In this document: one piece after another, positions 1-10,547 of the stretch
Layout: every line of letters starts with the position of its first letter
Numbering within the stretch: position 1 is the first letter of the stretch
Origin: an uncultured Acidobacteriota bacterium
Lineage (GTDB): Bacteria; Acidobacteriota; UBA6911
Length of the DNA stretch: 64,000 nt
NCBI GenBank assembly: GCA_963827655.1
Contig: CAWHCF010000023.1
Location: 224,001 to 288,000 of the forward strand
Reading direction: 5' to 3'
Notes under the pieces: generated by a model
What the model was told of the DNA's origin: nothing
Seen by the model: the letters and a program-made list of their open reading frames with translations, nothing else
Database searches by the model: none
Program-made: the position numbers and the translations under genes

Positions 1-1
1 C

Positions 2-976
2 AGCCTGCTTGCGGGCAGCCACGAACAGGTCCTCGAGGGCGTGTATGAGTCGAGCGTGGCAGACCTTCCGATTGAGGTACGGCGGTTTGTTGAGGACCGC
101 CTGCTGACCGTTTCCGGCTATCGCGACAGTGTTGCCCTTGATAACGCGCTCAGTGCGCCCGGCGTCACTCGCGAGTCCATTGCCCGTCTCGTGGACCGCA
201 GGCTTGTGCGCCGGGAAGATCGGGGTGGTGTGCAACGCCTGGAGCTGACGCATGATCTTCTTTGTGGAGTCGTACGCGCCAGCCGCGACCACCGCCTCCA
301 GCTCGAGGCCGCTGAAAATGAGCGGCGTGCTCTTCTGGAAGCGCAGGAACGTGAGAAGCTGCAGCGAGATCGCCAGAACTTGAAGAGAACCCGAGTCGCC
401 GCCGCTTTGTTCCTGATTTTGACGATCGCAGCCGTCGCGGCTGCAATTTGGGCGGTCAAATTACGAACGGTGGCCGAGAATGCCCGGACAATTGCGGAGA
501 CGGCGCGATCGGAGGCAGACAAGGCGCGGCTCGATGCCGAACAACAGCGCAAGAGGGCGGAATCCGCAGTTGAAATGATTCAGAGAAGCCTGCTCATCCG
601 GCAGGCCGCGCTGTCCGGAGATAAAGTCAGCCTCGCCAGGCTGCTATCGTCACTGGATCAGAACACCACCATCCGCTTCACAGCCAGGGCCACCGACCTT
701 GGATACAAGAATCCCAGTAACCAGCAGGTCTACAAGTTTGATCTCTACCCGGAACCTGGGACAGCCGGCAAAGACGCAGTCGCCTTCGTTACCTACCTGG
801 CGGACCATCCCACGTTCCAGAACACGCTGATGACCGCCGGCGCGGACCGAGGCTTTCGCGCTTCCTACATCGGTTGGGGATGTCTGAACCGTATTGTTGC
901 CCTGGTGGAATACAAGGATCCCACGCGCCCGCCCACCGTGGCGGAGTTTAACATGTGCAACGCACTCAGTTGGTGA
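2..976 (+). CDS. C-terminal part of an nSTAND-type NTPase protein with TM helix and C-terminal prokaryotic YEATS-like domain (5' truncated by window)
   Basis: Frame open from base 2. LVDRRLVR...ELTHDLL resembles the STAND winged-helix end, followed by coiled coil, TM segment (VAAALFLILTIAAVAAAIWAV) and YEATS-like VTYLADHPTF...F..SYIGWG. Confidence 0.7.
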   Translation, partial: SLLAGSHEQVLEGVYESSVADLPIEVRRFVEDRLLTVSGYRDSVALDNALSAPGVTRESIARLVDRRLVRREDRGGVQRLELTHDLLCGVVRASRDHRLQLEAAENERRALLEAQEREKLQRDRQNLKRTRVAAALFLILTIAAVAAAIWAVKLRTVAENARTIAETARSEADKARLDAEQQRKRAESAVEMIQRSLLIRQAALSGDKVSLARLLSSLDQNTTIRFTARATDLGYKNPSNQQVYKFDLYPEPGTAGKDAVAFVTYLADHPTFQNTLMTAGADRGFRASYIGWGCLNRIVALVEYKDPTRPPTVAEFNMCNALSW

Positions 977-1110
977 GTGTCGGAGCGCCGCCGCGGCATG
1001 CACAACTGCGTGCCGAGAAGCATGCAGTCTCCGGTTTCCAGGCCGCTATCCGGTCCGTTCGTGCGGATAGCCGGCTGTCCGTTGATCTGCGCAGTGCGGG
1101 CATGGCTGGA

Positions 1111-2052
1111 TCATGGATCGCGCAGCAGCAACCGCACGCTGGCCATCACCGTCTCCCAGGCTGGCGCCTGGGGGTTGATCCCATCGAAGTGATTGGCGCC
1201 TTCCATGATCGGCATGCGAACCGGGTCGCCCGCCTTCTCGGCCGCCGCAACATAATCCTTGAATAGCCCGAGCCACCCGTCGCGATTCTTGCCCGCCAGC
1301 AAAAGTTCCTGCTTCACGCCGATCGGCAGCAAGCCACTCGCCGAACCCTCGCGATAGCGATCAGGAACCTCCGCCGGCGTACCCCCGACAAACTGCGTGA
1401 TCACAGGCCCGCCGCACACCGGCTGCTCGATGGCGCGGGCCGCTGCGAGATCCGGAGGCCCATCGACGCTCACAACGCCTTTCAGTGGAAGCGGCGAATC
1501 CGTGTGCAGCACGCTGCCCTTCGGCAGCTTCTCTCGCGCGGCCAGCCACAACGCGAGCTGACCGCCCGACGAGTGACCGATCGCGATTGCATGCTTCAGG
1601 TCGAGATGATGGCGCGTGGCCAGTTCGCGTAAGAGGTCCGTCGCCTTGCTTAAATCGAGATAGGTGCCGGGCCAACCGCCCCCCTCATTTCCCAGACGGC
1701 GATACTCAACGTTCCACGAGGCGATCCCGGCTTTGGCAAGCGCCGCGGCCATCGGGCGCAGCAGCTCGAAGGAAGTGACGGGCTCGGGCAGCTTCCCCAG
1801 CCTGGCCGACCAACATCCTCCATGAACAAGGATCGCAACGGGAAACGGTCCGGCTCCGGCCGGCAATCGCAGTTCGCCGAACTGGAGCGGGTCCTTGCCG
1901 TAGACAATCCGCTCATTCGCGGGCGGCGTCTCCTGCTTGATCAATTCCAGGGGATTCGTTGCCTGGCCGTGCAGGAAACCGGCTGAAAGCAGAGTCAGTG
2001 CAGCGAGCCGTTGCACAAGAGTCCGACTGCCGATCGGTTTGGCCAATAGCAT
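1111..2052 (-). CDS. Secreted alpha/beta hydrolase (esterase/lipase)
   Basis: HGGCW oxyanion motif, GHSSGG nucleophile elbow, GANHF catalytic His, N-terminal signal peptide. Confidence 0.88.
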   Translation of the reverse strand: MLLAKPIGSRTLVQRLAALTLLSAGFLHGQATNPLELIKQETPPANERIVYGKDPLQFGELRLPAGAGPFPVAILVHGGCWSARLGKLPEPVTSFELLRPMAAALAKAGIASWNVEYRRLGNEGGGWPGTYLDLSKATDLLRELATRHHLDLKHAIAIGHSSGGQLALWLAAREKLPKGSVLHTDSPLPLKGVVSVDGPPDLAAARAIEQPVCGGPVITQFVGGTPAEVPDRYREGSASGLLPIGVKQELLLAGKNRDGWLGLFKDYVAAAEKAGDPVRMPIMEGANHFDGINPQAPAWETVMASVRLLLRDP

Positions 2053-2113
2053 GAATATCCTTTCCTTGGAGACGCAATACGAATGCGCCCGCAGAAATGT
2101 TCGTCCTTTTGCA

Positions 2114-2172
2114 GGAGTGCGGTAGCTTGCTTCGCCGTTCCAATTCAGCTGCTACCTCCGCTACCGCACTGC
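2114..2172. repeat. REP-like palindrome (GGAGTGCGGTAGC...GCTACCGCACT)
   Basis: AGTGCGGTAGC at 2116 pairs with GCTACCGCACT at 2160; related copy at 8059. Confidence 0.55.
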
Positions 2173-3045
2173 AGACCCGGCCGACCTGGCGCGCGTCAGG
2201 AGATCGGGTGTGTTCAGGCGACGGCATGTTTCGGTAAAACTCGGGCGCGGTCCCCTCCAGCGAAGCTCTTCGATAGAATCGAAGACCGGCACATCGGTTC
2301 GCAACGTGGCCAGTGTGCGAAACAACATTGCTTCCTTCCAGTGACCGAACAAAACCTCGGAAAGCACCGGGCGGCTGCGGATCGACGGATGCCACTGCTT
2401 CCAATCTTTCGGAACGGCTTCCAGGTGTCCATAGCGAGAAAGGATCGCGGCAGCGGTCTTGTGCCCCCATCCGGGCAAACCCGGAAATCCGTCGGCGCTA
2501 TCGCCGATCACCGCCAGGTAATCGGGTATCGATTGCGGCTTCACGCCGAACTTGGCCTCGACGCCGGTCTCGTCGCGGATGACGTTGGTCCGGCGATTGA
2601 GTTGAACGATACGTGTGCCTTCAACACACTGGCTGAGATCCTTATCAGGCGTGCAAATGACGACTTGCCCTACGCCATCATCCTGCGCGGCTTTTCGGGC
2701 GGCGGAGGCCAGGGCGTCGTCCGCTTCATAGTAGACCATCGGCCAGACTACTACGCCCATGTCTTCGAGCGTTTCTTCGAGAATCGGGAACTGTGAAAGC
2801 AGCTCCTGAGGAACTCCCTCGCTGGTTTTGTAGCCAGGATAGAGATCATTCCGAAACGACTCCACCACGTGATCGGTTGCCACTCCAAGATGGGTTACCC
2901 CGCGCTCGATCATGGACAAAACGGAATACAGAACGCCGCGAACGGCGCCGACTTCTTGTCCATTCAGGTCGGCCGTAGCCGGCAGAGCGAAGAAGTGCCG
3001 GAACAGCTCATAGGTTCCATCGATCAAGTGAATTGTCGCTGGCAT
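2161..3045 (-). CDS. 5'-3' exonuclease / flap endonuclease (PolA N-terminal-like, stand-alone)
   Basis: LIDG, FRNDLYPGYK, EADD, DKDL, GDSADGFPGLPGWG (H3TH) motifs. Confidence 0.92.
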   Translation of the reverse strand: MPATIHLIDGTYELFRHFFALPATADLNGQEVGAVRGVLYSVLSMIERGVTHLGVATDHVVESFRNDLYPGYKTSEGVPQELLSQFPILEETLEDMGVVVWPMVYYEADDALASAARKAAQDDGVGQVVICTPDKDLSQCVEGTRIVQLNRRTNVIRDETGVEAKFGVKPQSIPDYLAVIGDSADGFPGLPGWGHKTAAAILSRYGHLEAVPKDWKQWHPSIRSRPVLSEVLFGHWKEAMLFRTLATLRTDVPVFDSIEELRWRGPRPSFTETCRRLNTPDLLTRARSAGSAVR

Positions 3046-3184
3046 TTTGCGGCACAGGGTACCATCTTTGATCTGCGGATAGAAGCTGTCCGCGCCTTCG
3101 TACGCGAGTTTCGCACAGCCTGAGCGGACGTTATCGTGGCCGGCGCCCGATGGTTTCAGAGCCCAGCGCGGTTCCGAAGATTAC

Positions 3185-3567
3185 CAGGCCTGATGAGACC
3201 GTCGCAAAACCCCCCGAAACATGTGCGGACGGGCTATCAAGCCCGTCCGGCCCCTAGTGGCACAAAAGCTTTCATTGGTCATTTCTCATTCGTCATCTGT
3301 CATTTGTCATTAGTGCGTGTTGCGGGCCGGGTTTGCGCTCGCAGACTACGCGGGCCTTGTTACAATCCCTTCCCCCCATGAATGACAAATGAAAAATGAA
3401 AAAATGGCTAATGACTAATGACAGGAAAAGAACTTCTTAAGGGTAAATCCTCCCGATCACGTTACTTGCGACGGTTTCTGATGGCCCGTCGCCACAGGGG
3501 GCTCGGATAATGTCTGAGCCGATCTACAGGGGAGCGCGTATGTTGTGCAACAGTCTCATCAGACCTG
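3185..3567. mobile_element. MITE-like element, family A copy 1
   Basis: 26-bp terminal inverted repeats (CAGGCCTGATGAGACCGTCGCAAAAC vs reverse complement of 3542-3567, 22/26); internal CGGACGGGCT-AGCCCGTCCG hairpin shared with copies near 8230, 53095 and 54355. Confidence 0.65.
3270..3425. repeat. Heptamer inverted tandem repeat (TCATTTG-type / AATGACA-type)
   Basis: About 5 degenerate 7-nt units at 3270-3311 mirrored by reverse-complement units at 3378-3424. Confidence 0.7.
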
Positions 3568-3792
3568 TGTGTCGAGCGCAATCGTGGGTTCGTACCCGTC
3601 CTTGCGATTTCTCTACGCGACCCAATAAATAATCGGCAGGCACCCCTGGATTTCCGCAAATTCTCCCTTCGTAGCATCGCCTGGTGTATGATTCGCACCG
3701 GTTAGTGGTTCTGACATGGGCGCCATTCCTGGAGGATAAACTGTCTCTCGATCCGAGATGCCTCCTGTTCACACTATGAAGGCAAGACCTCG

Positions 3793-4671
3793 ATGATCCA
3801 AAAGACTGCCGCTTTAGCAGTCCTCGTGTTCGCCGTCGCATCCGTGTCCTCCCGGGCCGATGAGGCGGGCCTCCGCCAAGCCGTCACCTTCTACGCTTCC
3901 TTCGACGCGGCTGTCCAAGGGGACTTCGGCGGCGGAGAGCTGACCCTGTCCACGCGCACCAACCACAAGACGGAAAAGGGCGCGTTCGTCTTCGAGAAAG
4001 GGTTCCCCGAGAAGGCGTTTCGCATCGCCCCGGGCAAGGGGATCTCCGGCGGCGCGCTGGAGGCCGTTGATGTCCTGCCCGATAACGGCCGCATCTTCTT
4101 CCCGGTCCGGGGAAACATCGCCTACCAGAAGGGGGGCTGGGGTGGGGCGGTCTCGATGTGGATCAACCACGACCCCGACACTCAGCTCAAGACACGCTTC
4201 TGCGACCCCGTGCAGATCACCGAGAAGGGGGCCGGCGACGGCGGCATCTGGTTCGACTTCAACGATGCCAAGCCCAATCGGAACCTTCGAATGGGCACAT
4301 TTCCGGCCGTCTCCGCGGGCCGGCAGCTCAAAGAATCGCGCGAGGCATTCTCGCCCATGGTGTGGGTCGATAAGCCGGGTCTCAAGGTGGGGGAGTGGCG
4401 CCACGTGGCGATGGTGTGGAACAACTTCGACACCGGAAAGAACGATGCCCGCGCCGCCTTGTATATCGATGGCAAGCTCGCGGGCGAGATCAAGGACAAG
4501 GACTATCCCATCTCGATGGATTGGAACCTGGACAAGGCCGGCATCTACATCGCGGTCAGCTATATCGGCCTCATCGATGAGTTCGCCCTTTTCAAGCGGG
4601 CGCTGACGGAAGACGAGATCCGTCTCCTGCGGACTCAACCGGCTGTGCTGTCGACTCTCAAGCGCCGCTGA
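3793..4671 (+). CDS. Secreted LamG/concanavalin-like jelly-roll protein
   Basis: Signal peptide; WRHVAMVW, LYIDG, GLIDEFALFKRALTEDEI LamG-like C-terminus. Confidence 0.8.
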   Translation: MIQKTAALAVLVFAVASVSSRADEAGLRQAVTFYASFDAAVQGDFGGGELTLSTRTNHKTEKGAFVFEKGFPEKAFRIAPGKGISGGALEAVDVLPDNGRIFFPVRGNIAYQKGGWGGAVSMWINHDPDTQLKTRFCDPVQITEKGAGDGGIWFDFNDAKPNRNLRMGTFPAVSAGRQLKESREAFSPMVWVDKPGLKVGEWRHVAMVWNNFDTGKNDARAALYIDGKLAGEIKDKDYPISMDWNLDKAGIYIAVSYIGLIDEFALFKRALTEDEIRLLRTQPAVLSTLKRR

Positions 4672-4984
4672 CCTCGTCCCCATGTCTGGACCCATTCCCC
4701 AAGAATGCTTAGCGCATCACCTCGATGGTAGACGCTGCCAGAGCGCCTGCAGCCGGGCGCGCCCCCGCACCGCTTGCGTGGCCTTGACTTCCTGGCAAAG
4801 CCATTGGACAATTATCGCTTGCTGGACGTCGTCGCGTCGGCCTTGTCGCTTGGCAGCCCCCGTTGAGAGAACGACAGGAGATGCGCGCTGACGCCGCCAG
4901 CACGAGGAGTGCGCGCTCGTGTCGCGCTGTCTGTTCTACACGCAGAGTTGAACCCATCCAAGTTGACCCATCCGACAGAAGGCC

Positions 4985-6527
4985 ATGACCCAGCAAAGCC
5001 ATTCGAAGGCACAACTCACCCTTTTCGGCGTATTCCTGCTTCTTCTCACTGCCGCCTGCACGAAAGAACCTACGCCGCCGGCGGCCACACCCCAGTCACC
5101 GGAGCGCCAGGCGACTCCAGAGCCGAAGGGCGCGTCCGACGTCCAGTCGCCGGAAAACCCCTTACTTGATATTGCCGCCCGGAAGTGGACCGGCGATTTA
5201 GACGGCATGATCGAGCGGCGCATGGTTCGTGTTTTGACCACGCCCTCGAAGACCACATTTTTCGTTGATCGGGGCACACAGCTTGGTCTGGTGCCCGACT
5301 CCTTCCGGTTGTTCGAGGACGACCTGAACAAGCGACTCAACAACAAGAACATTCGAGTGCACGTCGTGTTCATTCCGGTTGCGCACGACGATCTCATTCC
5401 GGCGCTGCTCGACGGGCGCGGCGACATCGTGGCAGCGACCAAGTTGATCACCGCCTGGCGCAAGGAGCAGGTCGACTTCGCGAACCCGACGAGGAGTGGC
5501 ATCTCTTCAATCATCGTCACCGGGCCCGGCGCGCCGCCGATTGCGACGGTCCAGGATCTGAGCGGCAAGGAGGTCTATCTTCGGACCTCGGACGTTTCGA
5601 CTCAGGGCGTCGAGCGGTTCAACGCCCAGCTTGCCGCGTCAGGCAAACCGCCGGTGAAGATTCGGCCGGCTCCGGAAGTGCTCGCCGACGAAGACATCCT
5701 CGAGATGGTCAACGCGGGTCTGGTCCCCATGACGATGGTAGACGATTACATCGCACAGTTCTGGCAGCAGATCTTCCCGGGAATCGTGCTCAACACAGCT
5801 GCCGCCGTCCGGACCGACGGCCAGACGGCGATGATGATCCGCAAAAACAGCCCGAAGTTGATGGCCGAGCTGAACGCGTTCGTCGCCCGTTACCCGGAAG
5901 GATCGCTGCAGCGCAACGTGCTGCTGCAGAAATACCTGAAGAGCGTCAAGTACGCCAAGGCGGCGACAGCGAAGGAGGACCTCTCGAGGTTCAATCAAAC
6001 CGTTGAGTTCATACGCAAATACAGCGACCAGTACAAGCTCGACTATCTGCTCATGGCCGCTCAGGGATACCAGGAGTCGCGAACTCGATCACAGCAAGAA
6101 GAGTCCGGTGGGAGCGATCGGTGTGATGCAGGTGATGCCGAAGACCGGCGCAGAGCTGAAGGTCGGCGACATCACACGCCTCGATGCCAACGTCCACGCG
6201 GGTGTGAAATACATTCGCTTCATGATGGATCGCTATTACGCCGACGAACCGATGGATTTACTCAACAAGGGCCTGTTCACATTCGCTTCCTACAACGCCG
6301 GGCCCGCCCGTATCCAGCAACTCCGCGACCGCGCCGCAAAACGCGGTTTGGACCCGAACAAGTGGTTCAACAATGTCGAGATCATCGCGGCCGAGAACAT
6401 CGGCCGGGAAACCGTGCAGTACGTCTCGAACATCTACAAGTACTACCTCGCCTACAAAATGCTCAGCGAGCAGAAGCAGGAGCGGTTGAAGGCCAAAGGG
6501 GGACTTGAGGCGAACAGCAGGCAGTAG
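4985..6527 (+). CDS. mltF: MltF-like lytic transglycosylase (substrate-binding + SLT domain), frameshift near 6082
   Basis: Lipoprotein signal and SBP domain in 4985..6508; SLT motifs AQGYQES / GAIGVMQV / ASYNAG / ETVQYV continue in 6003..6527 after one extra A. Confidence 0.82.
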
Positions 6528-6572
6528 GCAGAATTTCGTACTGCCTACTGCTTGCCGCCTACTGCCTGCTGT
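6515..6572. repeat. Heptamer inverted tandem repeat (GCAGTAG/CTACTGC)
   Basis: CAGCAGGCAGTAGGCAG ... CTGCCTACTGCTTGCCGCCTACTGCCTGCTG; overlaps the mltF stop. Confidence 0.7.
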
Positions 6573-6579
6573 TGTGCGT

Positions 6580-6779
6580 ATGCCACAGGTAACGAAATCA
6601 AAACCGGCTTCTTGACGGCGAACAACGAGGAGGAAGTGCTGACCGACTATTTGTGCGACTGGCCCGGCTGTGCGAATGTCGCCGTGCATGTGTTGGGCTG
6701 CGTAAAAGAAATCGCCTCGGTCGCCGCCGTGTGCGAAGAACACCTGGCGGCAATCAAAGCTCGGACCCGCACTCTGTAG
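6580..6779 (+). CDS. Small Cys/His protein (CDWPGC...CEEH), probable indel near 6596
   Basis: ATG at 6580 joins the 6552..6779 frame if one A is added to an A-run; spaced Cys/His suggest Zn binding. Confidence 0.5.
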
Positions 6780-6890
6780 TTTGCGGCCCTACCCGTCGCG
6801 CCCGTTCACCGGCTGGTTCGAGTCAAGGCTTCACTGCAAAGCAACCGCGAAGTCCCGAAGCCTGCAGGAAATCGCGCAGAGGAAATAACC

Positions 6891-7856
6891 CTACTGGACG
6901 ATGAGCATGACCTCACGCCAATTGTAGTGCTCCGCAAGTCCCAGGCCGACCAAGCTTCCGACCAGGGTTCCTACGCCAGTTCCGATCACAAAGCCGTGGG
7001 CTGAATCCTGATCGGCAGCTCCCAGGAGCGCGCCCGAAAAGAAACCTCCGAGCCCGCCGCCTATCGCGGCAGCAAGTCGATTGCCGCCGATATTCTCCCG
7101 GTAAGCCACGGTCGAAATGTGATCGGTCGAGATCCGAATTCGTCCTCGATAGGGTTTTTCGGATGCGTCGGTCACATCGAACTCAATCTCGCTCTCGGTT
7201 CCGTGGATAACCTTTCCCTTCAGGTAAGCGGCATCGCGCAGCATCAGGTGGAGCTTTCGACCTTCAATCCATCGGAAGAGCTGGTGGCGTGGAATCTTGA
7301 GCGTCCAGTTCCTGGCCGGCGCCAGGGGCCTGCCAGTGCCCCCGCGAAAGTAGAGCGCTCTTTCACGAGTCGCCAATCCGGAATCCAGCAAGGTTCCGAC
7401 ACCGGCCCCGATTCCGAAACCATACACGAGCCCGGCAGTCACAGCCGCCGCCGAAAATTCATCGCCATCTTCCGTGAAGGCCGCCCCGATGCCGATACCA
7501 ATGCCGGCGCCGATCCCGGAGCCTGCCAGGACACCATCGCGCAAGCGGTCGTCTGGAACAAGCGCAACCGCAACCACCTTCTCCCGCTCCACTCCGTTTA
7601 TGTCGAGGATCAAACTGGACTCGGTCACTGCCATGAATCTCTGGACCATTCGGCCGCCATTCTCGAGATAGACCGCGATCCGGTTTCCCGGTTTCAGCTG
7701 TTGCAGGTTCTCCCAGCTACCCACGGTACCGGAATCGGGCGGAGTCCCTGGCTGGGTTGGGGCATCGGGCAAGCCAATGTTCATCCGTCTACCGGCGCAG
7801 CCTGTGTTGGCGAGAATCAGAAGCAAAGCACCTGTGCTTGCGAGTATCGTCTTCAC
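6891..7856 (-). CDS. Hypothetical lipoprotein with two glycine-zipper segments
   Basis: GTG start with GGAGG RBS, lipobox-like NTGC, two small beta domains each followed by Gly-rich hydrophobic helices. Confidence 0.65.
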   Translation of the reverse strand: MKTILASTGALLLILANTGCAGRRMNIGLPDAPTQPGTPPDSGTVGSWENLQQLKPGNRIAVYLENGGRMVQRFMAVTESSLILDINGVEREKVVAVALVPDDRLRDGVLAGSGIGAGIGIGIGAAFTEDGDEFSAAAVTAGLVYGFGIGAGVGTLLDSGLATRERALYFRGGTGRPLAPARNWTLKIPRHQLFRWIEGRKLHLMLRDAAYLKGKVIHGTESEIEFDVTDASEKPYRGRIRISTDHISTVAYRENIGGNRLAAAIGGGLGGFFSGALLGAADQDSAHGFVIGTGVGTLVGSLVGLGLAEHYNWREVMLIVQ

Positions 7857-8058
7857 CTCGACCTCCGAATCGCTACCCGTTTGCAATGACTCCTTTTAAT
7901 CCGACCGGTGCAACTTGGAGACCGTCGACTGGAGGCCTGTAGCACAAGGAGTACTGCGGATTTACCAGAATTGTCCGATTGCCGCGACGACTGGCAACAC
8001 GCAAGATTCTTCCACCTACGACAAGATTTCTTGCACTGGGGGTTTGAAGGCACGCCCC

Positions 8059-8118
8059 TGGAGTGCGGTAGTTTGCTGAACTTGCTACCGACTTAGTTTG
8101 GCGAAGCTTGCTTCGCCA
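8059..8118. repeat. REP-like palindromes (TGGAGTGCGGTAG...; GGCGAAGCTTGCTTCGCC)
   Basis: Shares GGAGTGCGGTAG with 2114; adjacent hairpin. Confidence 0.5.
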
Positions 8119-8133
8119 TGCTCGCCCGCGAGA

Positions 8134-8490
8134 AGGTGTGAAAAATTCAGCGAACGGCTCTCGATTGACCGGCGTGCCCTTTGGCTTTTGTGGCGTGGGT
8201 CATCAGAGACTGTCGCAAAACTCGCTCGGTTCATGTGCGGGCGGGCTATCAAGCCCGTCCGGCCTCCGAGATGGCAATGAACTTGTTCGAAATACGTCCT
8301 TCGATCGGGTTTACTTACGACGGGCCAAATCAGATCCGCGCGTTTAGACGTCAGCCGATCTGCCGATTATTCACTGGGATCGCGTAAAGAAATTGCAAGG
8401 ACGGCGTACGAACCGACGGTTGCGCTTCGACGCACAGGTCTGATGACCTGCGCCACAGACCCAATTCATTCCGAGCTTCTCACAGCCCAT
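8134..8490. mobile_element. MITE-like element, family A copy 2
   Basis: 8136-8265 closely similar to 54254-54385; inverted TGTGGCG..GGTCATCAGA at 8189 and 8435-8457. Confidence 0.6.
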
Positions 8491-8682
8491 GAGCGCCGAA
8501 GGTGCTACTGTCTCAATCGCAGTGCAGTTATAATGCGGCCATGATTTCGCGCGATCCACGGCTGAAGCCCTGGGTCGCCTCAGTCCAATGCGCAGCATTC
8601 GGAGCGGTTAATGGAATTGACATGGAACGCCATTCCCGGACCCGACCGGTCGAGGTCTGGCCCAAGATAGAGTTCCCCGGCT

Positions 8683-10431
8683 ATGAGACGACTCTTGACC
8701 CTCGCACTCGCTCTTACGACCACCGCCACGCTGGCGATCGAGCTTCAACTCCCGCTGGCGGCTCAGGGACGCCGCGCCACATCAAAACCGGACGCGCCCA
8801 AGCCGTTCTCGGTGGTTGAAGCCGGAATCGCCGAGATGCGGGCTGCGATGGAGCAGGGGCGCACCACGTCGCGCGAGATCGTCCACCAGTGCCTTACGCG
8901 AATCGCGCTGTACGAGGACCAGCTGAATGCGATCATCACGGTGAACCCCCATGCGCTGAAAGAGGCGGACGAGCGGGATCGTGAACGCGCGCAGGGCAAG
9001 ATCCGCGGCCCGTTGCACGGAATCCCGGTTGCCCTCAAGGACAACATTCACACGACGGATATGGCGACGACGGGGGGTGCTCTGGCGTTTGCGGGTCTCA
9101 TCCCGCCGTACGAGGCGACTTTGACGAAGAACCTGAAAGACGCCGGCGCAATCATCATCGCCAAGACGCAGCTCACCGAGCTGGCCAACTGGATTGCCAG
9201 CGGCATGCCTGGCAACTACAACGGCCTGACCGGCTACGGCATGAACCCGTACGACCCGCGCCGCGACCCGCGCGACAACACCTTCGACGGGCGGCCGGTG
9301 CTCGGCACAGGGGGATCGAGCTCGGGCGTCGGCACCGCCGCCAGCTTCTGGGCCGGTAACGTCGGCACCGAGACATCCGGATCGATTCTCAGCCCTTCCA
9401 ACCAGAACATGCTCGCCGGAATCAAGCCCACGGTCGGCCGCATCAGCCGCTACGGCGTCATCCCGATCACCGCCGACCAGGACACCCCAGGCCCGATGAC
9501 CAGGACCGTCGCGGATGCCGCAATCATGCTGGGAGCCATGGAAGGGGCCATGGCCGATCCCAACGACCCGGCAACCAAGACCTGTGCGCCGCCTCCGGGT
9601 CGAGACTACACAAAGTTCCTCAATGCCGGCGGGCTGAAGGGCGCGCGCATCGGAATTCCGCGCGCGTTCTTTTACGACCGCGCGACACCGCCGGGCGCGA
9701 AAGAGCCGCGCGGCGGCCTTACCGATGCCCAGCGCAAGGTGATGGACGAGGCCATCGCCGTCCTCAAACAACAAGGCGCGGTCATCGTCGACCCGGCGGA
9801 CATACCCAGCGTCGTCGATCAGGATGGGAAGAACAACCTCCTGAACTGGAACACCTGCGGGGGTCTCGACAACGCCAAGGGACGCGACGCCGACTGTTCG
9901 ATCGTCTTCAAGTACGGCATGAAGCGGGATTTTAACCAGTGGCTGAAGTCACTCGGCGCGAACGCGCCTCTGAAGACGATGACCGAGCTGCGGCAATGGA
10001 ACATCGCGCACCAGCGCGCAGGAGCGATCAAGTACGGCCAGGCCAATCTCGACGTGTCCGATGAAATGGACCTGCAGGGCGATCGTTCGCGCTACGAAAC
10101 CGATCGCCGCAAGGACATTCACCTCGGCGGAACCCACGGCATCGATGAGGCGATGAAAACGCACAAGCTGGATGCGCTGCTTTTCCCTGGTTCGAACGGC
10201 GCGGCGATCGCCGCGAAGCCCGGGTATCCAACCGTGATTGTGCCCTTCGGCCTGGTGCCGAACACCCCGGTCGGATCCGCCGCGGCGTTTCCCGACGGCT
10301 TTAATCCCAAGCCGACGCCGTTCGGCGTGAGCTTCACCGGGATGGCCTGCAGCGAGGCCAAGCTGATCGAGCTTGCGTATGCCTTCGAGCAGGCCACGAA
10401 GAAGCGCGTGCCCCCGCCCTTGTTTCCGTAG
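8683..10431 (+). CDS. Secreted amidase-signature family enzyme
   Basis: GPLHGIPVALKDN, GGSSSG, GTETSGSI (Lys-cisSer-Ser triad); signal peptide. Confidence 0.93.
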   Translation: MRRLLTLALALTTTATLAIELQLPLAAQGRRATSKPDAPKPFSVVEAGIAEMRAAMEQGRTTSREIVHQCLTRIALYEDQLNAIITVNPHALKEADERDRERAQGKIRGPLHGIPVALKDNIHTTDMATTGGALAFAGLIPPYEATLTKNLKDAGAIIIAKTQLTELANWIASGMPGNYNGLTGYGMNPYDPRRDPRDNTFDGRPVLGTGGSSSGVGTAASFWAGNVGTETSGSILSPSNQNMLAGIKPTVGRISRYGVIPITADQDTPGPMTRTVADAAIMLGAMEGAMADPNDPATKTCAPPPGRDYTKFLNAGGLKGARIGIPRAFFYDRATPPGAKEPRGGLTDAQRKVMDEAIAVLKQQGAVIVDPADIPSVVDQDGKNNLLNWNTCGGLDNAKGRDADCSIVFKYGMKRDFNQWLKSLGANAPLKTMTELRQWNIAHQRAGAIKYGQANLDVSDEMDLQGDRSRYETDRRKDIHLGGTHGIDEAMKTHKLDALLFPGSNGAAIAAKPGYPTVIVPFGLVPNTPVGSAAAFPDGFNPKPTPFGVSFTGMACSEAKLIELAYAFEQATKKRVPPPLFP

Positions 10432-10547
10432 CAGCAGGTAGTGTCGTATCTTCGTTTCCGTTGTTCCCCGGCAAATCTGCGATCGGTTGTCGCTTTGTCG
10501 CTTCGGGCGCCTGGCCCGCAGTTCCGCGACCCCTACCAACAGGGCCT

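Noticed and set aside
4680-4980. Short ORFs or structured RNA in the LamG-mltF gap
   Set aside because: No convincing motif, RBS or conserved structure visible.
6060-6100. Programmed frameshifting in mltF, purH or selA
   Set aside because: No slippery heptamers at the sites, and the indels are scattered over unrelated genes, which fits sequencing error.
8683-10431. Amidase as gatA partner of gatB
   Set aside because: It has a signal peptide, is not adjacent to gatB/gatC, and resembles secreted amidases.
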